DNA of 64,000 bases, taken from the IMG/VR virus record IMGVR_UViG_3300005758_000087, positions 17,683-81,682 of that record. One strand, written 5' to 3'. The DNA is from a virus. Taxonomy: Duplodnaviria; Caudoviricetes. The position numbers and the translations under genes are program-made. Each line of letters begins with the position of its first letter. Within the stretch, counting starts at the first letter, position 1. Under the pieces are notes generated by a model that had not been told where the DNA came from, made no database searches, and was given only the letters and a program-made list of their open reading frames with translations. Of this stretch, positions 18,598-25,624 are shown in pieces.

Positions 18598-18942
18598 ATG
18601 AAACGCCCTGTGTGTAATTTATGTAATAAAAACCTATGCGCAATAAATTATATTCGCAAAGGTAAAACATACTATAGAAGCAAGTGCGATGAATGCGGAA
18701 GAACTAAAGAAAAGAAAAAACCCAGAGTACCTAAATGGCAGATGTCTGGGTATAAGAAAAAAGTAACATGTGATTCCTGCGGATTTAAAGCATCATATGC
18801 TACACAAATGACAGTTTATCATATAGACGGTAATTTAGAAAACACTGAGTTTATAAATCTTAGAACCATATGCTTAAACTGTGTTGAAGTAATAAAAAGA
18901 AAAGAAGTTAAATGGAAAAGGGGAGATTTAGAAGTTGATTAA
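18598..18942 (+). CDS. Zn-finger HNH-like protein
   Basis: CxxC pairs and YHIDGNLEN..NLRTICLNC; start moved to ATG 18598. Confidence 0.75.
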   Translation: MKRPVCNLCNKNLCAINYIRKGKTYYRSKCDECGRTKEKKKPRVPKWQMSGYKKKVTCDSCGFKASYATQMTVYHIDGNLENTEFINLRTICLNCVEVIKRKEVKWKRGDLEVD

Positions 18943-19560
18943 TTTATCAACTTCTCTGTATAAATCTTCCATAGAACCATCGTTGGTGATGTAATAATCA
19001 TAAATTAATCCAACACTACTGTATTCGCTTGCATGAATCCCTAATGATTCTAATTTATTTTTACAAGCCTCCCAATTTTCTGTTTTAGGAACCTTATTAC
19101 ACTCTACTGCATCGTTGTACCAAACTGGGTTCGGTCCTCTAGAAACTCTAATTACTATTCCGCCGGCACGCCGTATGCTTTCTATTTCATTTTTAAATCT
19201 ACAGTCAGTGATTACAATATTATCTTTAGTTTTTCTTAATTTGTTTTCTACACTGGCTATCCAAATTTCTGAATGAAATTTGTCTCGAAATAGATCAGTT
19301 CCCCAATTTTGCAACACCCACCTTGGACTAAGATCAGGAATAGATAGTCTGTTACTCCACCAAACATCTACCTGCTCTCTCCAAATTCTACTTTCTTTTG
19401 TAGATCCCTCAAGTAACTGTCTATCCCAACCAAATATGTTTGAAACGGCATCTTTTAATGATGCTGCAAAACTTATTCGCTGAAACCCATGTGCAGACGT
19501 TAGATAGTCTGCTATTGTATCTTTGCCGCTAGCAATAAATCCAGTAATTCCGATAATCAT
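18928..19560 (-). CDS. Deoxynucleoside monophosphate kinase (T4 gp1-like)
   Basis: MIIGITGFIASGKDT P-loop; SFAASLKD; VITDCRFKNE. Confidence 0.93.
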   Translation of the reverse strand: MIIGITGFIASGKDTIADYLTSAHGFQRISFAASLKDAVSNIFGWDRQLLEGSTKESRIWREQVDVWWSNRLSIPDLSPRWVLQNWGTDLFRDKFHSEIWIASVENKLRKTKDNIVITDCRFKNEIESIRRAGGIVIRVSRGPNPVWYNDAVECNKVPKTENWEACKNKLESLGIHASEYSSVGLIYDYYITNDGSMEDLYREVDKLINF

Positions 19561-19597
19561 AAAAAAGCCCTGTAATACTTAGCATATCACAGGGCTT
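19561..19597 (-). terminator. Rho-independent terminator after gp13
   Basis: AAGCCCTGT/ACAGGGCTT stem followed by T6 on the minus strand. Confidence 0.7.
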
Positions 19598-19615
19598 AGG
19601 AAAAATTATTTAAAA

Positions 19616-20377
19616 TTAACCTATTATGAACGTGTAGGGCTGGCTGTAATCTACGAAGTTTTTGAGATCGATTAATAATTGTTCTTGCATAGCCTTACCC
19701 TCAGCTTTCAGTGCGGTTCCATTCAACGTAGTCCCCCCGCTGGGTCCCGCAATACTAGCAAATTTTTCTCTGGCTTCACCTAGAGTCATTTTAAGCTGAC
19801 TTAGTGTCCAATCGCCTATCCAAACACTTGCTCCGGGGTCCTGCAATAATTGTTGCTCAGGTCTAATGATATCAGCCCAAATTAATATTTGTTCGCCAGA
19901 ACCTTTGGGATCTCTAACTAGTTTTATTTGTTTAGTCACCGGATTAAATGTATAGATTACATATCCACCGAACATTCTAGCTGCCAATTCAATGTATTGT
20001 GCATAAAAGTCGTATGTGGCTAGCCCTCCGGCATAATTGTAATTTAGAAGATAGGTATTTAAAATAGCACTACTAAATGGGTCAAAACTGCTTGCTGCAG
20101 GACCAGTTTCCAATCCAACTGTTCGTCTAAATATTGCCCTGACGTTTATGAACTCTTCTGGTAAGGTATATACATTTACATTTTTTTCTATTTTCATTAA
20201 TGTATATGATTCCTGAGTGGAATTTTGTGCTCTCTGTCGATAGATTTTTATAGCATAGCGGTACGCTGCTTCATAATGCTCAGGATCTAACTCTACGTCT
20301 ACCATTCCGTCGCCTAATCGTAAACGTAAATTTTTAAATAATTCGTCTTTAAGTTCTTGTAAGTTATTGCCCGACAT
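19616..20377 (-). CDS. gp13: Neck protein
   Basis: LRLRLGDGMVDVELDPEHY; LGEAREKF..I.GP.GGTTLNG.ALK.E. Confidence 0.9.
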   Translation of the reverse strand: MSGNNLQELKDELFKNLRLRLGDGMVDVELDPEHYEAAYRYAIKIYRQRAQNSTQESYTLMKIEKNVNVYTLPEEFINVRAIFRRTVGLETGPAASSFDPFSSAILNTYLLNYNYAGGLATYDFYAQYIELAARMFGGYVIYTFNPVTKQIKLVRDPKGSGEQILIWADIIRPEQQLLQDPGASVWIGDWTLSQLKMTLGEAREKFASIAGPSGGTTLNGTALKAEGKAMQEQLLIDLKNFVDYSQPYTFIIG

Positions 20378-20396
20378 AGTATATTCCTTTATATAC

Positions 20397-20404
20397 TATT
20401 TATC
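20397..20404 (-). promoter_or_regulatory. Late promoter GATAAATA
   Basis: Upstream of gp13. Confidence 0.65.
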
Positions 20405-20412
20405 GGGCGTAT

Positions 20413-21045
20413 TTAAACAAACCTAACTAGATTATTTCTAGAAATTGCAGAATTGGACATTTTGATCAACTTTTTCATAGAAGCCGATGGTATTCTTAAT
20501 TTAACTTGATTTTCATTGTACTCTAGAACCATAAATTTGTTCGCGGCTCTGAAAGTTTGAAAAGGCGAGAATGTAACCTCACCGGTAATTTTTCTATGAA
20601 TCTTCACATAGTCAACTAGTTGCTTGTTAATATCCTCATACGCTTCTTCCATAATATACTGAATGTCAGGATAATTCAAATAGCATAAATCATACCTGAC
20701 TATTTTATTGATTTTTGCGTCATAAGCAACTAATAACAGTGCCTGAAGTTTTTGAAAAAACTTACTAGATTTATATGATTTTAACAAAAATTCAGATAAA
20801 GTTACTGTACCTATTGTCCAATTAGAATCAGATTCTATATTTTTTGATTTAATTTCTATTCCGTATTCTGATATATCTACTACGCCTTCAATATCAATTC
20901 TCAACTGTCGGCCGATATAATTGTGTATATATGTTCCCAAATGACTGGGATCTACCATGTCCTCAGGTAAGTTCAAGTCGTATAAAAATGCAAAGGTTTT
21001 TTCACTTAATCGAGTATTCATTGAATTACTTTTGGTAGAGGTCAT
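20413..21045 (-). CDS. Putative MutH/Sau3AI-fold endonuclease
   Basis: D.SEYGIEIKSK..WTIGT..KSSKFFQKLQALLLV resembles the MutH/Sau3AI core; start moved to ATG 21045. Confidence 0.5.
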   Translation of the reverse strand: MTSTKSNSMNTRLSEKTFAFLYDLNLPEDMVDPSHLGTYIHNYIGRQLRIDIEGVVDISEYGIEIKSKNIESDSNWTIGTVTLSEFLLKSYKSSKFFQKLQALLLVAYDAKINKIVRYDLCYLNYPDIQYIMEEAYEDINKQLVDYVKIHRKITGEVTFSPFQTFRAANKFMVLEYNENQVKLRIPSASMKKLIKMSNSAISRNNLVRFV

Positions 21046-21046
21046 G

Positions 21047-21478
21047 TTAAATATCCCCATCTTTACGGTTTTCACTATAGTGAGGATCAAAGTTTCCACC
21101 TGGGTATCGTGCTTCAAGCTTCTTGACATTCTCCGCAATTACTTCATTGGGATCTAAATCAAGTGCCCTACATGCGTTAATCCAATACCAAATAACATCT
21201 CCCAATTCTCTTTTCATGTGGTATACATTTTCTTCATTAAGTGGTTTGCCCTGAAAGAACATTTTTTTGGGAATTTCACAAAACTCACCTGTCTCTGCTG
21301 CAAGTCCTAATGCTGCTGTTAAAAGTAAAGGCACATTAATATCAGGTCCATGCGAGCCATCTTCACTACTATAATTTGCATCTAGTTCATCACAGCGGTT
21401 CATGAAAGTAGTTAAATCATTGCTTGATTTACTTGTTACCGCTTTTACAAAATCTTTATACTTGTTTAAGTCAATCAT
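21047..21478 (-). CDS. mazG: MazG-like NTP pyrophosphohydrolase
   Basis: GLAAETGEFCEIPKK..RELGDVIWY..NVKKLEARYP. Confidence 0.93.
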   Translation of the reverse strand: MIDLNKYKDFVKAVTSKSSNDLTTFMNRCDELDANYSSEDGSHGPDINVPLLLTAALGLAAETGEFCEIPKKMFFQGKPLNEENVYHMKRELGDVIWYWINACRALDLDPNEVIAENVKKLEARYPGGNFDPHYSENRKDGDI

Positions 21479-21657
21479 TCGTCATCATCTCCAAATAAAT
21501 ATGCTGCCATTTTTCGTTGTGTCGTGTCTGGATCCTTTTTTGCGCACTCAAAACAAATTTCTTCGTCATTAGGACCATATGGTCTACATTCATCAATTAC
21601 ACCACATATTTGACATGCTTGCGGTGGTTCTTCTGCTATAAATCCTCGCCCGCTCAT
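21475..21657 (-). CDS. Small CxxC protein
   Basis: 60 aa; CQICG..CFEC; coupled overlap. Confidence 0.7.
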   Translation of the reverse strand: MSGRGFIAEEPPQACQICGVIDECRPYGPNDEEICFECAKKDPDTTQRKMAAYLFGDDDE

Positions 21658-21660
21658 TTT

Positions 21661-21771
21661 CTACCCTTTAATCTGATTGGTAATTTTATTACATTTCTCA
21701 TACAAAACACCCATGCAAAAACCGAATCCTGTCCATCCTATAATCATTAGCGCGTACCAAATGTGTTTCAT
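21661..21771 (-). CDS. 36-aa membrane micropeptide
   Basis: Below the track cutoff; MKHIWYALMIIGWTGFGFCMGVLYEKCNKITNQIKG; starts at a GGAG junction. Confidence 0.65.
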   Translation of the reverse strand: MKHIWYALMIIGWTGFGFCMGVLYEKCNKITNQIKG

Positions 21772-21774
21772 TTT

Positions 21775-21972
21775 TCAACTCCGAAAAAGTGGAACACCGT
21801 CGGTTAACATCCTAACATAGATCAAGTTGGGAAAAGTGTCAAGTGTGCCACGATGCCGCTCAATTTTGATCGACCATTGTTCTGGGACTTCTGGGTCAGT
21901 TTCTAGACCATAGAAAAACTGATCCCGAGCACCCGATTCAATTTGCTGTTTGAAATACACTTCAATGTTCAT
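21775..21972 (-). CDS. Hypothetical protein
   Basis: 65 aa, tiled in the early operon. Confidence 0.7.
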   Translation of the reverse strand: MNIEVYFKQQIESGARDQFFYGLETDPEVPEQWSIKIERHRGTLDTFPNLIYVRMLTDGVPLFRS

Positions 21973-22142
21973 TTTAACAACTCCATAATGATAATAAAGA
22001 CACTGGGCATGGCAAAAACTAGTGCCAATGCCAAAAAAATGCTGTCACGATACCACGGAACATATGGAATATTCAATGTTTTACACAGTTCTTTATCGGA
22101 CATTTTGCTGACATCAATGTAGTGTACTTTTCGTTCGTTCAT
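21969..22142 (-). CDS. 57-aa protein with C-terminal transmembrane helix
   Basis: Below the cutoff; MNERKVHYIDVSK...IFLALALVFAMPSVFIIIMELLK; ATGA overlaps at both ends. Confidence 0.7.
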   Translation of the reverse strand: MNERKVHYIDVSKMSDKELCKTLNIPYVPWYRDSIFLALALVFAMPSVFIIIMELLK

Positions 22143-22282
22143 TCTTTAACTCCATTAACAATTTGCCATTTTCTAAAAGCACCCCAAGCAGTTGGAAAGT
22201 ATGTTGTTTGTGTTCCAATCAGATTACAACTCCATAAAGGTTCACCAAAATCTAATACTGTTTTATGCAAATGTGGTTTCAT
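22139..22282 (-). CDS. 47-aa hypothetical protein
   Basis: Below the cutoff; MKPHLHKTVLDFGEPLWSC...GVKE; ATGA overlaps at both ends. Confidence 0.65.
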   Translation of the reverse strand: MKPHLHKTVLDFGEPLWSCNLIGTQTTYFPTAWGAFRKWQIVNGVKE

Positions 22283-22506
22283 TCTTCAACTCCAAAATGT
22301 TCTGCTACATTACAAACACGATTGATAACTTCTAGCATCTTGCCATCACCTGGTTCGGGCAAGTCTTTACTGAATACTTCCATACATTCAGCCACAATCA
22401 ACTCAGCGAACTTTTCCAATTCGTCTGCATAGAATTGATACACACCTAGATTTTGTTTATGTGTTGATCCAGCCTGTTCAGCAAGTTCTCGAATTCGTTC
22501 GTTCAT
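22279..22506 (-). CDS. MNERI-family paralog A
   Basis: MNERIRELAEQAG..LEKFAELIVAEC..HFGVEE. Confidence 0.85.
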   Translation of the reverse strand: MNERIRELAEQAGSTHKQNLGVYQFYADELEKFAELIVAECMEVFSKDLPEPGDGKMLEVINRVCNVAEHFGVEE

Positions 22507-22670
22507 CAGTTAATCCCATCAAGATAAAATTTGTATTCCAGACGCATTGCTGCTTCAATTTCCGCATCAGCATCGATGTTATGAAGTTCTTGCAGTTGCG
22601 ACTTTATATCATCACCAAATGATACTGTGTATCGTTTACGCCATTCTTCGTATGTTAGTTTTTCGTTCAT
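22506..22670 (-). CDS. 54-aa protein with gp23-like HxxDADAE segment
   Basis: Below the cutoff; MNEKLTYEEWRKRYTVSFGDDIKSQLQELHNIDADAEIEAAMRLEYKFYLDGIN. Confidence 0.7.
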   Translation of the reverse strand: MNEKLTYEEWRKRYTVSFGDDIKSQLQELHNIDADAEIEAAMRLEYKFYLDGIN

Positions 22671-22897
22671 TCTTCAACTCCAAAATGTTCTTTAATAGTG
22701 TCGGCACAGTCCAGTACCCCACGACGATAATCGTAGCGATATCGGGTATCGGTTTCGTCCATGGATTTACATAATGCCATACATTCTCTCACAATCAACT
22801 CGGCGAATTTTTGCATTTCTTCATCAATGCCCATCGATTCAATAACAAAATCGTATAGTCCGGCCTGTTCCATCAGTTCTTTAATTCGTTCGTTCAT
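22667..22897 (-). CDS. MNERI-family paralog B
   Basis: MNERIKELMEQAG..KFAELIVREC..IKEHFGVEE; start moved to 22897. Confidence 0.85.
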   Translation of the reverse strand: MNERIKELMEQAGLYDFVIESMGIDEEMQKFAELIVRECMALCKSMDETDTRYRYDYRRGVLDCADTIKEHFGVEE

Positions 22898-22944
22898 CGC
22901 AATATCCATACAATAAGTACCACCCCAATCATAAACCAGAACAT
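22894..22944 (-). CDS. 16-aa hydrophobic micropeptide
   Basis: MFWFMIGVVLIVWILR; TAATG overlap upstream and ATGA overlap downstream, fills the gap exactly. Confidence 0.55.
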   Translation of the reverse strand: MFWFMIGVVLIVWILR

Positions 22945-23360
22945 TATACGCTCACTTCAAATCTAAAGTTGTCAGGATCATCTACTAGCTGAGATTCTTG
23001 TACCTCAGTCCATTTACCATCTATTCTAATTTCGATCTTAATTTTTGTCAACTCTTCGGCAACCTTGCGATCAATTTGGTCCAGCATACCAGTGCGCCTT
23101 AACGTTTCGAGCCGGTGCCATTCTTTGAATTCTTTCGTTTCGCACATTTTGACGAAGGCGTCTCTTCGGTTTTCAAGTTGACTACGGCTAGATTCACTGT
23201 AACCTTTGGCGCCTGATTCTCTATGGCGACAATGAACTGCACTTGAAGTTTTATTCTTTTTTTGTCCGCCACTTCCAGTTCCTCGTGTATAGCTCCAGTC
23301 ACAATCATCCTTGGTTACGCTAAACAACAGTTCACGTTTCTTTTCCATAATATTATCCAT
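22944..23360 (-). CDS. Stand-alone class I release factor GGQ domain (ArfB/PrfH-like peptidyl-tRNA hydrolase)
   Basis: YTRGTGSGGQKKNKTSSAVHCRH..SRSQLENRRDA; alternative start 23348. Confidence 0.88.
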   Translation of the reverse strand: MDNIMEKKRELLFSVTKDDCDWSYTRGTGSGGQKKNKTSSAVHCRHRESGAKGYSESSRSQLENRRDAFVKMCETKEFKEWHRLETLRRTGMLDQIDRKVAEELTKIKIEIRIDGKWTEVQESQLVDDPDNFRFEVSV

Positions 23361-23363
23361 TAG

Positions 23364-23753
23364 TTAAACTAAATCCACTTCTTTAGTCAATTCTTTTACA
23401 TACAGGTATGGCAATAGTAATAGTACAGCAGGATGTGGGTCTAGTTCAGACCACATCAATAGTTGGTCATAGGACATGTTTAGGTATTTCTCGCAGTTAT
23501 CGTAGGCAATAAAAGCTAGTATCGCGTCCCTTGCCGCATAACTTGCCGTATTCCATACCGCATCCATTGCCGCATTCAATGCCGCATCTTTTGCTGGATC
23601 CCCTGCCGCATAACTTGCCGTATTCCATACCGCATCCCATTTCGCACTTTTTGCTGAATCCCATGCCGTAATCCATGTGTCGGCGTTATCTTTCAATGTT
23701 TGGAGTACCCAATCAATATGCTTCGCATTTGGCAGTTTTGACCACTCAGACAT
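23364..23753 (-). CDS. MSEW-family Trp/Ala-repeat paralog 1
   Basis: MSEWSKLPNAKHIDWVLQ..(AVWN/TASY/AA)n..AYDNCEKYLNMSY..HPA.LLLPYL; start moved to 23753. Confidence 0.85.
   Translation of the reverse strand: MSEWSKLPNAKHIDWVLQTLKDNADTWITAWDSAKSAKWDAVWNTASYAAGDPAKDAALNAAMDAVWNTASYAARDAILAFIAYDNCEKYLNMSYDQLLMWSELDPHPAVLLLLPYLYVKELTKEVDLV
23532..23637. repeat. 34-nt exact direct repeat inside MSEW paralog 1
   Basis: 23532-23565 = 23604-23637 (72-nt period). Confidence 0.9.
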
Positions 23754-24213
23754 TTTCAATCTCTTTATCTTCGATCTTTTCTTTTACGAACAAGTACGGG
23801 AGCAACAGCACACAAGCAGGGTGTGGGTCTAGTTCAGACCACATCAATAGCTGGTCATAGGACATTTTTAGGTACTTCTCGCAGTTATCATACGCAATTA
23901 AGGCACGAAGCACACACCTTGCCGCCTCCATTTCTGTAACCCTTGCCGGATCCCATACTGCCGGATCACTTGACGCATCCGATATCTCATCCCATATCGC
24001 GAGCAATGCCGGATTCCATGCCTGCAACACATCCTCGTATGCCGTAACTCTTGCCGCCTGCAATATATCATCGTATGCCGTAACTCTTGCCGCCTTCAAC
24101 TCCCCATTCCTTGATGTGGTTAGTGACCCGGCCCATTCTTTGGGGTTATCTTTCAATGTTTGGAGTACCCAATCGATGTGCTTTGCGTTTTGTAGGTGTG
24201 CCCACTCAGACAT
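23746..24213 (-). CDS. MSEW-family Trp/Ala-repeat paralog 2
   Basis: Same constant ends; central AARVTAY repeats. Confidence 0.85.
   Translation of the reverse strand: MSEWAHLQNAKHIDWVLQTLKDNPKEWAGSLTTSRNGELKAARVTAYDDILQAARVTAYEDVLQAWNPALLAIWDEISDASSDPAVWDPARVTEMEAARCVLRALIAYDNCEKYLKMSYDQLLMWSELDPHPACVLLLPYLFVKEKIEDKEIENV
24035..24095. repeat. 25-nt exact direct repeat inside MSEW paralog 2
   Basis: 24035-24059 = 24071-24095 (36-nt period). Confidence 0.9.
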
Positions 24214-24637
24214 TCGCAGTCTCCTTGCTTCTGGTTTCTTCTTTTACGAACAAGTACGGAAGTAACAAAACACAAGCAGGGTGTGGATCTAACTTATTCC
24301 ACATCAGTAATTCCTCATATGACATGTTTAGGTACTTCTCACAATCATCATACGCAATTAAGGCGCGAAGCGAACCCCTTGCCGCCTTCCATGTCGCCTC
24401 CCATACCGTACTCCTTACCGCACCTCTTGTTCCGATCCATGCCGCATCCCAGGCCTCTTCTCGTCCCGCATCCCATATCGCGAGCAATACCGCAGCCCTT
24501 GCCGAATGCCATGCCGCAATACCTACTACGGGTTTCGCTGCGGTCCATGCATTAACCCACGTGTCGAGATTAGCGTTTACTGACTGAAGTACCCAGTCAA
24601 TATGCTTCGCATTTGGCAGATGTGACCATTCGCTCAT
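24206..24637 (-). CDS. MSEW-family Trp/Ala-repeat paralog 3
   Basis: Same constant ends; central AW/IWDA repeats. Confidence 0.85.
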   Translation of the reverse strand: MSEWSHLPNAKHIDWVLQSVNANLDTWVNAWTAAKPVVGIAAWHSARAAVLLAIWDAGREEAWDAAWIGTRGAVRSTVWEATWKAARGSLRALIAYDDCEKYLNMSYEELLMWNKLDPHPACVLLLPYLFVKEETRSKETANV

Positions 24638-24879
24638 TTTTCAACTCCGAAAGTTGGTTGCGGATATCCAAAACGATCCTCAATTAGTGATACATAGTAT
24701 CCTGCTTTTCTTGTTTCACTTTCCATTATTGAGTTGGCGCATTCAGCAACAATCAACTCGGCGAACTTTTCCAATCCGTCGTAGGTATAAACCATACAAC
24801 CTTTTTCGCCGCCAACATGTTGATTGAGATCAACAAAACCTTTAGCCTGTTCAGCAAGTTCTCGAATTCGTTCGTTCAT
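24634..24879 (-). CDS. MNERI-family paralog C
   Basis: MNERIRELAEQA..LEKFAELIVAEC..FGVEK. Confidence 0.85.
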   Translation of the reverse strand: MNERIRELAEQAKGFVDLNQHVGGEKGCMVYTYDGLEKFAELIVAECANSIMESETRKAGYYVSLIEDRFGYPQPTFGVEK

Positions 24880-25058
24880 GCATTCCTCAATCCTATTCTA
24901 CTATATCCAAGTTTTGATTTAGTTTCTCGACGGCTTTCTCTTTGATTACCAAATCGTTTTAAACAAGCAAGGTAACCTGCTAGGTAGCTATCCCAGTCTA
25001 ATTTGGAATCTTCTGCAACATAATCTCGCTTGACTCGTTCGACGAATTCTGGTGTCAT
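24876..25058 (-). CDS. Hypothetical protein
   Basis: 60 aa; starts at a GGAGTTGAAGAATGA junction. Confidence 0.7.
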   Translation of the reverse strand: MTPEFVERVKRDYVAEDSKLDWDSYLAGYLACLKRFGNQRESRRETKSKLGYSRIGLRNA

Positions 25059-25061
25059 TCT

Positions 25062-25382
25062 TCAACTCCACCTCAATAACCAAATAGTTTTTTCATGAGG
25101 ATCATTGAACCTTAGTCTCAGATCCCATTTCATTTTGTCGGTATTGTAGTACTGTTCTACAGTATAGTTACCGGGATACTTCTTCTGCATCCACTTATAT
25201 GCATTGGCTTCGATGTCTGCTTCGGTAACAGTGGTGGTGCCGCCTGCTCCCACTACACCATTGATACCGTTGCCCAATCTACTCAAATAACTCTGCCAAG
25301 TATCCTTAACAGGTTGTGGAATGTTTGAAGCATAAAAGGCTCCTGCATCTGATGTAGAAGTTCCCTTGTATCTCACGGTCAT
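25062..25382 (-). CDS. Chimeric small protein: gp23-like N-terminal peptide plus F..D/E..F.L.W domain
   Basis: TVRYKGTSTSDAGAFYA N-terminus; C-terminus LRFNDPHEKTIWLLRWS. Confidence 0.75.
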   Translation of the reverse strand: MTVRYKGTSTSDAGAFYASNIPQPVKDTWQSYLSRLGNGINGVVGAGGTTTVTEADIEANAYKWMQKKYPGNYTVEQYYNTDKMKWDLRLRFNDPHEKTIWLLRWS

Positions 25383-25624
25383 TCTTCAACTCCGAAATGT
25401 TGTTTAATCTTCTGACTGGCATTTTGTATAGTCCAAAAATAGGGGTCGCTATCTTCAGGATCGGCCATGTCATCTACAACTGCTACACATTCTCTCACAA
25501 TCAATTCGGCGAACTTTTCTAATTCAGATTCAGCAACTTCATATTTGGTCGGGGTTCCAGAAAACTGAAATGAAGATAGATTTACTCCAGCCTGTTCAGC
25601 AAGTTCTCGGATTCGTTCGTTCAT
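25379..25624 (-). CDS. MNERI-family paralog D
   Basis: MNERIRELAEQAG..LEKFAELIVREC..IKQHFGVEE. Confidence 0.85.
   Translation of the reverse strand: MNERIRELAEQAGVNLSSFQFSGTPTKYEVAESELEKFAELIVRECVAVVDDMADPEDSDPYFWTIQNASQKIKQHFGVEE

Larger units (their letters stand above)
21768..25393 (-). repeat. Dispersed 15-nt gene-junction repeat GGAGTTGAA(G/A)AATGA
   Basis: Exact copies at 22279, 22667, 25055, 25379; AAAA variant at 21768, 24634; 1-mismatch copy at 22139; degenerate copy at 21969. Confidence 0.85.

Noticed and set aside
22944-23360. Alternative genetic code implied by a phage release factor
   Set aside because: TAA, TGA and TAG all end genes, core genes are full length in code 11, and the protein lacks a codon-recognition domain.
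21768-25393. CRISPR-like array suggested by the recurring 15-36 nt repeats
   Set aside because: Repeats are irregularly spaced (140 to about 2000 nt), lie in coding frames, are not palindromic, and no cas genes are present; the Cas4-like nuclease at 33807 is an ordinary phage exonuclease.
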